Below, in pieces: positions 27,851 to 38,933 of a stretch of DNA of 64,000 nt; the stretch's first letter is position 1; each line of letters begins with the position of its first letter. A model generated the notes under the pieces. It saw only the letters and a list, made by a program, of their open reading frames with translations, searched no databases and was not told the DNA's origin. A program made the position numbers and the translations under genes. The DNA comes from an uncultured Acetobacterium sp. (GTDB lineage: Bacteria; Bacillota; Clostridia; Eubacteriales; Eubacteriaceae): assembly GCA_965140355.1 (NCBI GenBank), contig OZ223191.1, forward strand, positions 263,185 to 327,184, read 5' to 3'.

Positions 27851-30800
27851 TTGTATTTAAAAAAATTGCGATTGTCAGGGTTTAAATCATTTGCAGACCC
27901 TGTAAGCCTTGAGTTTTCAGAAGGTATTTCTGCAATTGTTGGCCCTAATGGTAGTGGAAAAAGTAATATTACGGATGCCATCAAATGGGTGCTGGGCGAA
28001 CAAAGTGTTAAATCGCTGCGCGGAAAAAAAATGGAAGACGTTATTTTCTCAGGAACAGAAAAAAAACAAGCCTCCGGCTATGCCGAGGTTGTTTTAATTT
28101 TAGATAATAAAGATGGAAATCTGGAAAATTATCCTCAGGAAATTGCAATTTCACGAAAACTATTCCGGTCTGGCGAAAGTGACTATGCGATTAATAAAAA
28201 ACGATGTAAATTAAAAGAAGTGCATAGTATCTTTATGGATACTGGCTTAGGAAAAAATGGTTATTCACTGATCAGTCAGGGAAGTATCGAAAATATTTTA
28301 GCCAGTAGTCCTACGGAACTGCGAAACATTTTTGAAGAAGCGGTTGGGATTGTCTCTTATAAAACAAAAAAAAACGAAGCTGAAAAAAAGCTTGAACAAA
28401 CTCAAGGTCACTTGGATCGTCTTAGGGATATTATGTCCGAAATTGAAAAACAAGTGGGTCCATTAAAAAATCAATCACAAAAAGCCCAAAGATGGCTAAC
28501 ACTTCATGATGAATTAAAAACAGTTGATTTGGTTATATTTCGTCGAAAGATGCATATTGCTTTAGCTGAACTGGCAGATTTGCGAAAAAGTCTGGAAAAT
28601 CAGATTAATGAGTGCGAGCGAATTGATCAAAATATTCAGAAGAAAGATCACTTATATCAGAAACTGACGATTGAAAATCGGGAATTGGATGTACTAGCTG
28701 ATACCGAAAAGAAGAACCTGTCGGGTATTAAAGCCGAGATTGAACGGATTCAGCAAGAAGATGTTCGCTGTAAAAGTCAATTGGAAGCAAATGTTATAAC
28801 CTTGGAACGGTTAAAAACGGAACAACAGAATTTGATTTTACGAATGGCAGGAACCCAGGAACGAATTAGCGGGATGTTGGACGAAAAGGGCTTGCTAGTG
28901 GCGACACTTGAAAATAATCAGGAAGTTTTAAAAAAATTAGAAGCGACGTTAAATGAATTGCGACAGCAAGAGCAGCAGGAAAAAGATCGGATCAAAAGTA
29001 TTCAAGAAGCGATTGTAAATCATCAGTCTCGTTATGAGCAACTGGAAGAAAAACGGCTAGCACTAAGTAGCAGTATTCAGGAAGTTAAAACCGAAGCCTC
29101 GTTTTTAGAACGACGGTTGCAGGAATTAGACGACAATCAAAAACAATTAAGTGTGGCGTTAAATCAAACCAAAGAAGTTATCGGCAAATTGACTGAGGAG
29201 AAAAAGCAACAGGCAGAACAGTATGAAAATTTGCGAGTTGAACACAAACAAAAATTAGCTGAACAGAAAAACTTACTCGATCAGACGCATTTAATTTCGA
29301 ACAACTTGCAAGTGAATGTTTCTAAGGTAGAATATTTAAAAAATATTCAGAAAAATTATCAGGATTATTTTCCGGCTATTCGCAAACTAATGACTTCGGA
29401 AAAAATGCTGGGTCCGGTCATTCATGAAGTTTATGGTCCGGTTGGGGAACTAATTACAACTGAGACTAAATATCTTCAGGCGATTGATATCGCATTAGGT
29501 GCTAAAAGCCAGAATATTGTCGTTGCGAGTGTGAAAGTAGCCAGTGAATGTATTGATTTGCTCAAGAAGGAACGTCTTGGTCGGGCAACATTTTTACCAT
29601 TAAATAATTTGAAATACAGTTTAATTGATGAAAAAACGAAAAAAAATCTTAAAAATATGCCTGGAGTTGAAGGCATTGCCAGTGAACTGGTCAAAACTCA
29701 GAGTATGTATCAAAATGCTATTGATAGTTTATTAGGCCGAATTGTTGTTGTCAGCGACTTTAGATCAGGAAAAGACCTGCAACGAAAGATAGCATCAAAA
29801 TTTACGATTGTGACTCTAGAAGGTGAAATTTTTTATCCGGGCGGAGCAATCGTTGGCGGCCAGAACAAGGATAATCGTCAATCGCCGTTTTCTAAAAAAA
29901 TTGAAATTGTGAATCTCCAAAAGGAAATAACTAAACAGGAAAAAGCACTGCTTAGTGAGAAGAAACTTGAGGCCGAATCACGAAACGCATTAGCTCAGAA
30001 TGTCGAGCAATTAAATGCTATGGAAGCACAATACAACCGTTGTAAACAAGCATTATGGGAAAAAAATAAAACAGCGGAAGATCTATCAGAGAAATATCAA
30101 GTCGGGCAGCAGTCGATAGTTAAAATTAAGCAAAAGTTGCTGGTGTTTTCTGAGCAGAATGAGAAATTGAATCAAGAGCTGATTGCGACGGTGGCAAGCT
30201 GCAATCAGACGAAGCAAGCGACAAAAAACCAGGATTCAGACAAAGTTACCGAAGAAATTAGACAACAACTGGATGATTTGCGATTAAGAATATCCGAAAG
30301 TCAAATGGCTATAACTCAGATAAAAGAGAAAATGGCTGGTTTAGATCAGCAAATCATTTTGATGGAAGAGCAGCTTAACCATCAAACAACGCGTCAAAAA
30401 GAGCTGGAAGTAGAGATAGCGAAGTATCAACAAAACTCCAGGGAACTTACTGTGGTTCAAAATAATCTTATTGGCGATCATGAACGATTGAATAAAGCGA
30501 TTGAATCGCAACGCGAAAAAAATAAAAAATCACTCGAACTTCAGAAACAAAATGCCCAACGGTTGGAGATACTTCAGGAAGAAATTAAAAATGAAAACCA
30601 TCAGCTGATAACCGCTAATGATAAGAAAAATACATTAACGACTCAATTAAACGGTTTAGAACTGCAAACAAATCATTGGGAAGAAAATATGTACAAAAGT
30701 TATGAAATGAACTATTTAATGGTCGAAGATGCTTATCAACAGCTCAAATGCAATCATCAGTTGGATGAATTGGATCTGTCTGAAGAACGACAACGGATTT

Positions 30801-31423
30801 TAAAAGAAAAAATAGCAGCCCTTGGTAATGTCAATTTGAATGCCATCGACGAATATGTAGAAATTCTGACCAGACATCAGTTTATGAAAGAACAGATCGA
30901 TGATTTAAAAGCCGGGAAAAGTGAATTACTCGATATTATTAATACTCTATATGAGGCGATGACTGAGCAGTTTAAAATGAACTTTATTAAGCTTCAGGAA
31001 AATTTCACTCGGATTTTTGGGATTTTATTTGAAGGTGGCCGGGCATATTTGGAGTTTACTGACCCTGCGGGGGTTTTGGAAGGCGGAATTGAACTGGTTG
31101 CGCAACCACCAGGGAAACGCTTGCGGCACATTTCATTGTTGTCGGGAGGCGAAAAATCAATGGTGGCCATCGCTTTGTTATTTTCATTTCTGGAGATTAA
31201 TCCGTCACCTTTTTGTGTGATTGATGAGGTTGATGCAGCGCTGGATGATCATAACATTTATCGTTACATTAATTATCTCAAAAAAGTATCCGAGTATAAT
31301 CAGTTTATAATTATCACCCATCGAAGAAAAACGTTGGAAGTGTGTGATAATCTCTACGGGGTATCGATGTCCAAAGATGGTGTCTCCCAATTAGTATCGG
31401 TGAGACTCTCAGATTATGCTTAA
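27851..31423 (+). CDS. smc: Chromosome segregation ATPase SMC
   Basis: GFKSF, GPNGSGKSN, hinge GRATFLPL, LSGGEKS, IDEVDAALD. Confidence 0.97.
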   Translation: MYLKKLRLSGFKSFADPVSLEFSEGISAIVGPNGSGKSNITDAIKWVLGEQSVKSLRGKKMEDVIFSGTEKKQASGYAEVVLILDNKDGNLENYPQEIAISRKLFRSGESDYAINKKRCKLKEVHSIFMDTGLGKNGYSLISQGSIENILASSPTELRNIFEEAVGIVSYKTKKNEAEKKLEQTQGHLDRLRDIMSEIEKQVGPLKNQSQKAQRWLTLHDELKTVDLVIFRRKMHIALAELADLRKSLENQINECERIDQNIQKKDHLYQKLTIENRELDVLADTEKKNLSGIKAEIERIQQEDVRCKSQLEANVITLERLKTEQQNLILRMAGTQERISGMLDEKGLLVATLENNQEVLKKLEATLNELRQQEQQEKDRIKSIQEAIVNHQSRYEQLEEKRLALSSSIQEVKTEASFLERRLQELDDNQKQLSVALNQTKEVIGKLTEEKKQQAEQYENLRVEHKQKLAEQKNLLDQTHLISNNLQVNVSKVEYLKNIQKNYQDYFPAIRKLMTSEKMLGPVIHEVYGPVGELITTETKYLQAIDIALGAKSQNIVVASVKVASECIDLLKKERLGRATFLPLNNLKYSLIDEKTKKNLKNMPGVEGIASELVKTQSMYQNAIDSLLGRIVVVSDFRSGKDLQRKIASKFTIVTLEGEIFYPGGAIVGGQNKDNRQSPFSKKIEIVNLQKEITKQEKALLSEKKLEAESRNALAQNVEQLNAMEAQYNRCKQALWEKNKTAEDLSEKYQVGQQSIVKIKQKLLVFSEQNEKLNQELIATVASCNQTKQATKNQDSDKVTEEIRQQLDDLRLRISESQMAITQIKEKMAGLDQQIILMEEQLNHQTTRQKELEVEIAKYQQNSRELTVVQNNLIGDHERLNKAIESQREKNKKSLELQKQNAQRLEILQEEIKNENHQLITANDKKNTLTTQLNGLELQTNHWEENMYKSYEMNYLMVEDAYQQLKCNHQLDELDLSEERQRILKEKIAALGNVNLNAIDEYVEILTRHQFMKEQIDDLKAGKSELLDIINTLYEAMTEQFKMNFIKLQENFTRIFGILFEGGRAYLEFTDPAGVLEGGIELVAQPPGKRLRHISLLSGGEKSMVAIALLFSFLEINPSPFCVIDEVDAALDDHNIYRYINYLKKVSEYNQFIIITHRRKTLEVCDNLYGVSMSKDGVSQLVSVRLSDYA

Positions 31424-31506
31424 AACGAAATCGCTAAGACCATGCGAAAAAAGCGAACTGCCGGTTTGAGGCTGTTAGGCTTGCATGATTTGATCAATAG
31501 ATAAGG

Positions 31507-32424
31507 ATGGAGGAAATAATGGAATTAAGTTTATATGAACGAATGCGCAACAAATTAGTTAAAACAGCAGACAGTTTTAAAGAAAAAATCGAAAATGTTA
31601 TGTATATGGGGAGTTTTGACGATGATTTTTTTGATGAACTGGAAGAAATGTTGATCCTTTCCGATTTAGGAGCGCATACGTCGGTAAAAGTCACAGAAGC
31701 GCTGCGTGCTAAGATAATTGAAACACGTTCAAAGAGTAAAGAAGAAGTGGTTGGATTTTTGAAAGAAATCCTGATTGAAATGGTTGCGATTGAGACAAAA
31801 GAAATGCAAAATCCAACCATAATTTTAGTGGTAGGGGTTAATGGGGTTGGAAAAACAACCACCATTGCTAAGCTTTCGGAGCGTTATAAAAAACAGGGTA
31901 AAAAGGTCATTATTGCGGCAGCTGATACGTTTAGGGCGGCAGCAGTCGAACAATTGGATGAATGGGCAAAACGCGTTGGGGTTGACATCATCAAAAGTTC
32001 TACCGGTGCTGATCCTAGTTCGGTTGTTTATGATGCTATTGGGGCAGCTAAAGCAAGAAAAGCGGATATTTTAATTTGTGACACTGCGGGGCGTTTGCAT
32101 AATAAAGTAAATCTCATGAATGAACTTCAAAAGATTAGCAAAACCATTAGCCGTGAGGGGAGCGATTTTACCATTCACAACTTAATTGTCTTAGATGCTA
32201 CTACCGGTCAGAACGCAATTAATCAAGCCAAAGTTTTTCATGAATGTGTTGAGATCAGTGGCATTGTATTGACTAAATTGGATGGGACTGCCAAAGGTGG
32301 AATTGCCATTTCAATTATCGATGAAATGCAGATTCCGATTGAATATGTAGGCATTGGCGAAAAATCAGAAGATTTGATTGATTTCGATCCCAAGAAGTTT
32401 GTTGACCTGCTGTTTGAGCAGTAA
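31507..32424 (+). CDS. ftsY: Signal recognition particle receptor FtsY
   Basis: GVNGVGKTTT, DTFRAAA, DTAGR, TKLDGTAKGG. Confidence 0.97.
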   Translation: MEEIMELSLYERMRNKLVKTADSFKEKIENVMYMGSFDDDFFDELEEMLILSDLGAHTSVKVTEALRAKIIETRSKSKEEVVGFLKEILIEMVAIETKEMQNPTIILVVGVNGVGKTTTIAKLSERYKKQGKKVIIAAADTFRAAAVEQLDEWAKRVGVDIIKSSTGADPSSVVYDAIGAAKARKADILICDTAGRLHNKVNLMNELQKISKTISREGSDFTIHNLIVLDATTGQNAINQAKVFHECVEISGIVLTKLDGTAKGGIAISIIDEMQIPIEYVGIGEKSEDLIDFDPKKFVDLLFEQ

Positions 32425-32461
32425 GTGCTAAAGAAATGTCATGTTAAGCTAGAATTAAAGC

Positions 32462-32490
32462 TTGACATTTTTAACGCTAGGACTTACAAT
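32462..32490 (+). promoter_or_regulatory. Sigma-A promoter for ylxM-ffh
   Basis: TTGACA, 17 bp spacer, TACAAT. Confidence 0.75.
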
Positions 32491-32526
32491 AATAAGGTCG
32501 TCAAGTAAAATTCCTTTACGACAATA

Positions 32527-32895
32527 ATGAAGGTGCGTATGGAAAAAAAAGTTGGCGAACAATATTTATTTGATTTTTATGGTGAGCTATTAACAGAAAA
32601 GCAAAAACGGATTTTAGAGTATTATTATGATGATGATTATAGTTTGGCCGAAATTGCTGAGGTCATGTCGGTTACCCGACAAGGAATTTTTGATGTCATT
32701 AAACGTTCTAAAGCCATGATGGAAGCCTATGAAGAAAAACTGGGACTCATTGCCAAATTTTTAAAATCGCAAATTCTCCTGGAGGAAATCGAGGAAAAGT
32801 TATTAGCTTGTGTTGCTCGTGAAAAAGACGAACAACTTAAATCTGAATTGATGCTGGTGGTCGAAAAACTGATTAAAGTCAGTGAAGAAAACTAG
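32527..32895 (+). CDS. ylxM: YlxM SRP-associated protein
   Basis: LFDFYGELLTEKQ...DYSLAEIAE...VTRQG; upstream of ffh. Confidence 0.92.
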   Translation: MKVRMEKKVGEQYLFDFYGELLTEKQKRILEYYYDDDYSLAEIAEVMSVTRQGIFDVIKRSKAMMEAYEEKLGLIAKFLKSQILLEEIEEKLLACVAREKDEQLKSELMLVVEKLIKVSEEN

Positions 32896-32904
32896 AGGTG
32901 ACAG

Positions 32905-34242
32905 ATGATCTTTGAAGGATTAAATGAAAAATTTCAAAATATTTTTACCCAGCTTAAACGCAAAGGTAAGCTTAATGAAAAAGATATTCAAGAAGTAAAT
33001 CGAGAAATAAAAATGGCCTTGTTAGAGGCCGATGTCAACTTTAAAGTAGTTAAACAATTTACGAAGAATATTGGTGAGCGGGCGATTGGCCAAGAAGTGT
33101 TAAGTAGTCTGACTCCAGGGCAACAATTCATTAAAATTGTCAAAGATGAGATGACAACCCTTCTCGGTGGCGAAATTGAGCGGATGGACTTTGTTCAGGG
33201 ACGTCAGAATGTTTATATGATGGTTGGTCTTCAGGGCGCCGGTAAAACGACAACTGCTGCTAAAATTGCTAACTTGTTAAAAAAAGAAAAAAAGTTTAAA
33301 CCTCTGTTGGTTGCCTGTGATGTTTACCGTCCAGCAGCCATTAAACAGCTTGAAATATTAGGAACCGAATTAAAAATTGATGTCTATTCAGAACATGATG
33401 TCAAAGACCCTATCGGAATCGCTAAACGGGGACTTCAAAAATCAACAGAAGAGCATTATGATCTGGTTATCTTTGATACAGCGGGACGATTGCAAATCGA
33501 TGAAGCTCTGATGGAAGAACTGGTTAAAATTAAAGAAACCATTAATCCGACCGAGATTTTATTAACCGTTGATGGGATGACTGGGCAGGAATCAGTCAAT
33601 GTTGCTAATGAGTTTAATCGGCTTTTGGATATTTCGGGAGTCATTTTAACGAAAATGGATGGCGATACCCGTGGTGGGGCAGCGTTATCAATTACTTATA
33701 CGATTGGAAAAGCCATAAAATATATTGGTACTGGCGAAAAATTGACAGATATCGAACTTTTTTATCCGGATCGGATGGCATCACGTATTTTGGGAATGGG
33801 AGATGTTCTTTCTTTTATTGATAAGGCCCAAAACATGATGGATGAGGAAAAAGCCAAAGAACTGGAAGAAAAGTTCAGGAATCAGGATTTTGATCTTAAC
33901 GATTTTCTTGATCAGATTAAGCAAATTGAAAATATGGGCTCGATTAGCAGTTTATTGGAAATGATACCGGGAGCCAATAAAAAAGCCATGAAAAACATGG
34001 ATTTAAGTGGCGCGAATACTAAGCAAACCGAAGCAATTATCTTGTCAATGACCAAGGAAGAACGGCATAAACCAGGAATTATTAATGCCAGCCGGAGAAA
34101 ACGAATCGCGTTAGGAAGCGGTACCAAGGTAGCTGACGTCAATCGGTTGTTAAAAGGATTTGAGCAGTCTAAAAAAATGATGAAACAATTCTCAAATCCC
34201 AATATTGCTAAGAAGGGTCGCATGAAGCTACCGTTTATGTAA
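32905..34242 (+). CDS. ffh: Signal recognition particle protein Ffh
   Basis: GLQGAGKTT, DTAGR, DGDTRGG; M-domain RRKRIALGSG. Confidence 0.97.
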   Translation: MIFEGLNEKFQNIFTQLKRKGKLNEKDIQEVNREIKMALLEADVNFKVVKQFTKNIGERAIGQEVLSSLTPGQQFIKIVKDEMTTLLGGEIERMDFVQGRQNVYMMVGLQGAGKTTTAAKIANLLKKEKKFKPLLVACDVYRPAAIKQLEILGTELKIDVYSEHDVKDPIGIAKRGLQKSTEEHYDLVIFDTAGRLQIDEALMEELVKIKETINPTEILLTVDGMTGQESVNVANEFNRLLDISGVILTKMDGDTRGGAALSITYTIGKAIKYIGTGEKLTDIELFYPDRMASRILGMGDVLSFIDKAQNMMDEEKAKELEEKFRNQDFDLNDFLDQIKQIENMGSISSLLEMIPGANKKAMKNMDLSGANTKQTEAIILSMTKEERHKPGIINASRRKRIALGSGTKVADVNRLLKGFEQSKKMMKQFSNPNIAKKGRMKLPFM

Positions 34243-34306
34243 ATTATTGTTGTTATCAAGGACACTCAGTCATTAGATAAAAGATATTAAGAAAGGGGGA
34301 ACAAAT

Positions 34307-34552
34307 ATGGCAGTAAAAATTAGATTAAAAAGAATGGGTAAAAAGAAAAAACCTTTTTATAGAATCGTTGTTGCTGATGCGCGAGCACCACGTGACGGTA
34401 AATTCATTGAAGAAATTGGATACTATGACCCTTGTGTTGATCCTGCACTTGTTAAATTAGATGCAGACAAAGCAAAAGTATGGTTAGCTAATGGTGCAAA
34501 ACCAACAGATACCGTTAAATACCTATTAAAAAGAGAAAACGTAATCGAGTAG
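34307..34552 (+). CDS. rpsP: 30S ribosomal protein S16
   Basis: [11 protein letters not shown]...[16 protein letters not shown]. Confidence 0.98.
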   Translation: MAVKIRLKRMGKKKKPFYRIVVADARAPRDGKFIEEIGYYDPCVDPALVKLDADKAKVWLANGAKPTDTVKYLLKRENVIE

Positions 34553-34565
34553 TACCAGGAGGTAA

Positions 34566-34799
34566 ATGATGAAAGAACTTGTGGAAATTATTGCCAAAGC
34601 TCTTGTTGAACACCCCGATGCCGTATCAGTCCAAGAAGTTGAAGGCGAACAATCCATTATTTTGGAATTAAAGGTCGCTGATGACGATATGGGGAAAGTC
34701 ATTGGAAAACAGGGGCGCATCGCAAAAGCAATTCGTACCGTCATAAAAGCCGCTGCCACGAAAGAAGATAAACGTGTCATGTTGGAGATTATCCAATAA
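34566..34799 (+). CDS. khpA: KH-domain RNA-binding protein KhpA
   Basis: [17 protein letters not shown]; rpsP-khpA-rimM synteny. Confidence 0.93.
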   Translation: MMKELVEIIAKALVEHPDAVSVQEVEGEQSIILELKVADDDMGKVIGKQGRIAKAIRTVIKAAATKEDKRVMLEIIQ

Positions 34800-34871
34800 A
34801 AGGCATTGGGCTGTTTATACAGCTCTTTTTTTTCGGGCGTTTTTAGTTGCTAATCAAAACAGGAGAAAAAA

Positions 34872-35384
34872 ATGGAAAATAACCGTTTAATCATTATTGG
34901 CCGTATTCTTGGTGTTCATGGTATAAAAGGCGAATTGAAAGTTTTGCCATTGACAGATGATCCGGGTCGTTTTTACGAACTGGATGTTGTTACCCTGATT
35001 AAAGGTAAAATGGAAGAAGTTTATAAAATTACTAGTTGCCGTTTGCATAAAACGAATGTATTACTTTTTTTGGAAGGCATTTCGACGCGAAATGATGCGG
35101 AAGCGATGATTGGCCAAGAAGTGTGCATTCCCAGAGATTTAGCGGTAGAATTGGCCGAGGATGAGTTTTTTATTGAAGAACTAATGGGACTGGAAGTTTT
35201 TAATGATGGTGTTCTGTTAGGGAAAATTACGGATGTGATGCAAACTGGCGGAGTCGATGTTTATACCATTTCTAATGGCCGGAAAAATTATTGCGTACCA
35301 GCTCGAAAAATTTATTTTAAAGAGATTAATGTTAGCAGTGGCCGGATCGAGGCAACCATCCCTCAGGAAATATTGGATTTATGA
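34872..35384 (+). CDS. rimM: Ribosome maturation factor RimM
   Basis: IGRILGVHGIKGELKV; PRC barrel. Confidence 0.95.
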   Translation: MENNRLIIIGRILGVHGIKGELKVLPLTDDPGRFYELDVVTLIKGKMEEVYKITSCRLHKTNVLLFLEGISTRNDAEAMIGQEVCIPRDLAVELAEDEFFIEELMGLEVFNDGVLLGKITDVMQTGGVDVYTISNGRKNYCVPARKIYFKEINVSSGRIEATIPQEILDL

Positions 35385-36079
35385 AGTATTATTTTTTAAC
35401 CTTGTTTCCGGAAATATTTGAAACATATTTTGAAACGGGGATGGTTGGTCGGGCTGTAAAAAATGGCTTTATTGAGTATCAAATTATTAATATTCGTGAT
35501 TTTTCAGGCAATAAGCATCATAAAGTTGATGATTCACCTTATGGTGGCGGAGCAGGGATGGTGATGACGGCTCCTCCGATTGTTTCGGCCTTAAAAAGTA
35601 TTAATAAGTATACTGAAATTCCGGTTATCTATTTAACTCCAGGGGGTAAACCTTTTAGCCAGAGCGACGGTGTGGTTCTCGCTGAGAATAAGGAGCTGAT
35701 TTTTATTTGCGGGCATTATGAAGGAATTGATCAGCGAGTGATTGATTATTATGTGGATCTGGAGTTTTCGGTGGGTGATTATGTTTTAACAGGCGGTGAA
35801 TTACCGGCGCTTACTTTAGCGGATGCAATTTCCAGACATATTCCTGGTTTTCTGGGAAATTGTGAAAGTTTATCAGAGGAATCATTTGAACATTATTTAT
35901 TGGAGTATCCGCAATACACTAAACCCCGCGAATTTGAAGGGCACCCAGTGCCGGAAGTATTGCTTTCGGGGGATCATGCAGCGATAAATAAATGGCGATT
36001 TGAAAATGCGCGAGAAAAAACTCGAAAAAAAAGACCTGATTTATATAAAAAACATGAAAAATGCTTGCTTAATGAGTAA
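35381..36079 (+). CDS. trmD: tRNA (guanine-37-N1)-methyltransferase
   Basis: VDDSPYGGGAGMV, CGHYEGIDQR, GDYVLTGGE, PEVLLSGDH. Confidence 0.97.
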   Translation: MKYYFLTLFPEIFETYFETGMVGRAVKNGFIEYQIINIRDFSGNKHHKVDDSPYGGGAGMVMTAPPIVSALKSINKYTEIPVIYLTPGGKPFSQSDGVVLAENKELIFICGHYEGIDQRVIDYYVDLEFSVGDYVLTGGELPALTLADAISRHIPGFLGNCESLSEESFEHYLLEYPQYTKPREFEGHPVPEVLLSGDHAAINKWRFENAREKTRKKRPDLYKKHEKCLLNE

Positions 36080-36093
36080 ATAAAATGTATAAT
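36065..36093 (+). promoter_or_regulatory. Sigma-A promoter for rplS
   Basis: TTGCTT, 17 bp spacer, TATAAT. Confidence 0.65.
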
Positions 36094-36111
36094 ACATCAG
36101 TATGTTATTAA

Positions 36112-36150
36112 GAGAGACGGTCCTCTGTACATGAGACAAGAACGTCGGGA
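36112..36150 (+). promoter_or_regulatory. L19 leader-like autoregulatory RNA element
   Basis: GACG-GTCCTCTG...ATGAGACAAGAA-CGTC hairpin directly upstream of the rplS RBS, resembling the Firmicute L19 leader as recalled. Confidence 0.6.
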
Positions 36151-36172
36151 ATCGAATATTAAGGAGAAAAAA

Positions 36173-36517
36173 ATGGACATTATTAAAAAGATTCAATTAG
36201 AAAATATGAAGGCAGAACCACCAAAGTTTAATGTTGGTGACACTGTCAAAGTTCATGTAAAAGTAATCGAAGGAAAAAAAGAAAGAATTCAGATTTTTGA
36301 AGGCGTTGTTCTAAAAAAACAAAACGGCGGTGTTGGAGAAACCTTTACAGTTCGAAAAATATCTTCTGGATATGGTGTTGAACGAACATTTTTGGTTCAT
36401 TCACCAAAAATTGAAAAGGTTGATGTTGTTCGACGTGGTAAAGTTCGTCGAGCTAAACTTAATTATCTTCGTGATCGTGTTGGTAAAGCTGCAAAAGTCA
36501 AAGAAAAAAGAGCATAA
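36173..36517 (+). CDS. rplS: 50S ribosomal protein L19
   Basis: [33 protein letters not shown]; ATG 36173 follows AAGGAG. Confidence 0.98.
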   Translation: MDIIKKIQLENMKAEPPKFNVGDTVKVHVKVIEGKKERIQIFEGVVLKKQNGGVGETFTVRKISSGYGVERTFLVHSPKIEKVDVVRRGKVRRAKLNYLRDRVGKAAKVKEKRA

Positions 36518-36520
36518 TTC

Positions 36521-36546
36521 AGAGGCTGAAAAGCCTCTTTTTTGGT
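36521..36546 (+). terminator. Terminator after rplS
   Basis: AGAGGCT-GAAA-AGCCTCT followed by a T run. Confidence 0.8.
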
Positions 36547-36603
36547 TATTGGTGTAAAGTTTATTTACGAAAATAAAATAACGATTCGCAAGGAAGTGAA
36601 AAA

Positions 36604-37131
36604 ATGAAAAAAGATAAGGAATCTAAAGGTAACTTGGAACTTAAAGAATGGGCTCAGTCAGCGGTAATTGCGATTGTTCTTGCTTTCATTATCAAAATGT
36701 TTTTGTTTGACTTTGTTATGGTTCAAGGAAGCTCAATGTTTCCAACGCTAGTCGAGGGAGATCGACTCATTGTTAATAAAATCGGTTATACGATTGGGGA
36801 ACCGGACTATGGAGATATTGTCATCCTTAGATACAGTAAAAGCGTTGAATATGTTAAACGGGTGATTGGAAAAGGTGGAGATACGATTGAAATTAAAGAT
36901 ATGGTTGTTTATCGTAATGGTGAACCGTTAACCGAAAATTATATTAATACTGAACCGTATGAAGATTTTACGAAGGTTACGGTTCCGATGGGAACATATT
37001 TTGTTATGGGTGATAACCGCGCGAATAGTTCGGATAGCCGTTATCCCAGCCTTGGCTTTGTAGATAAAGATGCGATCGACGGAAAAGTGATTTTTAGAAT
37101 TTGGCCCTTAACAGAAATTGGAATGGTATAA
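36604..37131 (+). CDS. lepB: Signal peptidase I
   Basis: GSSMFPTL (Ser), YVKRVIG (Lys), GDNRANSSDSR. Confidence 0.95.
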   Translation: MKKDKESKGNLELKEWAQSAVIAIVLAFIIKMFLFDFVMVQGSSMFPTLVEGDRLIVNKIGYTIGEPDYGDIVILRYSKSVEYVKRVIGKGGDTIEIKDMVVYRNGEPLTENYINTEPYEDFTKVTVPMGTYFVMGDNRANSSDSRYPSLGFVDKDAIDGKVIFRIWPLTEIGMV

Positions 37132-37133
37132 AT

Positions 37134-37970
37134 ATGTTTGACCAGAAGATTGAATACATCCAATGGTATCCAGGACATATGGCGAAAGCAAATCGTGAAA
37201 TCAAAGATAAACTTAAGTTGATCAATGTGGTCATTGAAGTTGTGGATGCCCGCTTGCCGGCTTCAAGTAAAAACCCTGAAATTAATCAATACACATGGAA
37301 TAAACAACATATTCTGCTTTTAAATAAGGCTGATTTAGCTGATCCAGAGGTTAGTCTTGACTGGATTGATTGGTATAAAAAAAATACTACGATTCAAAAA
37401 ATTGTGTTGTATGACGCTTTTGACAGGCGGATGAAAACTGACTTAGTCAGAACAATTCAAGCATTAAATACCAAAGAAAAGGCACAGGTAAAATGTTTGG
37501 TTTGTGGCATACCTAATGTTGGAAAATCGACGGTCATTAACAGTCTCATTGGTAAGAAAAAAACTCAGATCGGAAATAAACCGGGAGTGACAAAAGGGCA
37601 ACAATGGTTAAGTACACCTGATCATTTGATGTTATTAGATACTCCGGGGATTTTATGGCCCAAATTTGAAGATCCTATGGTAGGTTTGCATTTAGCCTGG
37701 TTAGGTTCAATTAAAGATACGATTTATGAAAAAGAAAATATTGCCGCTGATTTATTAAAATATTTGATAACGTATTATCCTGATGACTTGGAAGCTATGT
37801 ATAAGATAGCACTCCAAGATAAAAATCTTACGGAAGTGTTTGAGGCAATTGCCAAAAGTCGAGGGCTTCTGATTAAAGGTGGCGAATATGATTATGCGCG
37901 TACGAGCGTGTTGATTCTTAACGATTTTAAAAATGGTCGCATTGGAAGAATAACTTTGGAAAGACCATAA
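37134..37970 (+). CDS. rbgA: Ribosome biogenesis GTPase RbgA/YlqF
   Basis: IQWYPGHMAKA, NKADL, GIPNVGKST, LDTPG. Confidence 0.95.
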   Translation: MFDQKIEYIQWYPGHMAKANREIKDKLKLINVVIEVVDARLPASSKNPEINQYTWNKQHILLLNKADLADPEVSLDWIDWYKKNTTIQKIVLYDAFDRRMKTDLVRTIQALNTKEKAQVKCLVCGIPNVGKSTVINSLIGKKKTQIGNKPGVTKGQQWLSTPDHLMLLDTPGILWPKFEDPMVGLHLAWLGSIKDTIYEKENIAADLLKYLITYYPDDLEAMYKIALQDKNLTEVFEAIAKSRGLLIKGGEYDYARTSVLILNDFKNGRIGRITLERP

Positions 37971-38156
37971 AGATTAATCATAAGAAAAAAAATATTAAAA
38001 GCAATTAAATTCCGTTTTAGTGGATTTGATTGCTTTTTGATTTATCATCTGAGTTTGCAAACATATCAAAAATTAAGGAAAAATGATATTAATTTTTTAA
38101 GCTATAGTATAATAATGGTACAATATCAATAAAAGAAAATATTAAAAGAGGTAAAT

Positions 38157-38933
38157 ATGAATCAATTTCAAACAATGACGGTTACAGCTCTCAAGGACTA
38201 TGTCGCAACTTTAGATATTCAATCATACCCAGATCTGATCATGGACTTAAAGGTGGATACCCGATCGGCCGTAAAAAAAATAGCTGAATCATTAGAGAAA
38301 AAGGTTCTCGCACAAAACAATGAAATTAAGCGGATAAATAAAATGAAATCAATCGAAAATGCACTTTATCAAAAGGGTGTTAAAAACATTGGTGGGATTG
38401 ATGAAGTTGGGCGTGGCCCGCTAGCCGGGCCAGTGGTAACCTGCGTGATCGTTTTAAAACCTGAATCCCAGCGATTGTATGTTAATGATTCAAAAAAGGT
38501 TTCTAAAAAGAATCGGGAAATATTATGTCAGCAACTTATCGAAGATGCTTTGGATTTTGCGATCGGGCAGGTCGAAAATGATATGATTGATGAGATTAAT
38601 ATTTTAAATGCTACCAAAAAGGCAATGACGGATTCATTGGATACTTTAACCGTGAAACCGGAATTATTACTGATTGACGCGTTACAAATAGAGACGAAAA
38701 TTGCCCAAAAAGCCATAATTCATGGAGATGCCAGAAGTTATGCGATTGCCGCTGCGAGTATTATTGCTAAAGTTTATCGAGATAATCTGATGCAGCTTTA
38801 TCATGAGCAATATCCGGAATACGGTTTTGATCATAATATGGGTTATGGCACAAAAACTCATCTTGAAGCCCTTCGTAAATTTGGGCCGACCCCGATTCAC
38901 CGAAAAAGTTTTATCAAAAATTTAGGTTTATGA
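38157..38933 (+). CDS. rnhB: Ribonuclease HII
   Basis: GIDEVGRGPLAGPV, DSKK, IAAASIIAKV.RD, GYGT. Confidence 0.96.
   Translation: MNQFQTMTVTALKDYVATLDIQSYPDLIMDLKVDTRSAVKKIAESLEKKVLAQNNEIKRINKMKSIENALYQKGVKNIGGIDEVGRGPLAGPVVTCVIVLKPESQRLYVNDSKKVSKKNREILCQQLIEDALDFAIGQVENDMIDEINILNATKKAMTDSLDTLTVKPELLLIDALQIETKIAQKAIIHGDARSYAIAAASIIAKVYRDNLMQLYHEQYPEYGFDHNMGYGTKTHLEALRKFGPTPIHRKSFIKNLGL

Noticed and set aside
36131-36172. Longer N-terminus for rplS; likewise upstream ORF starts for polA (11289), opuCC (10077), rbgA (37101) and GT2 (48153)
   Set aside because: Downstream ATGs have proper RBSs and match family N-termini; the rplS extension overlaps the leader RNA.
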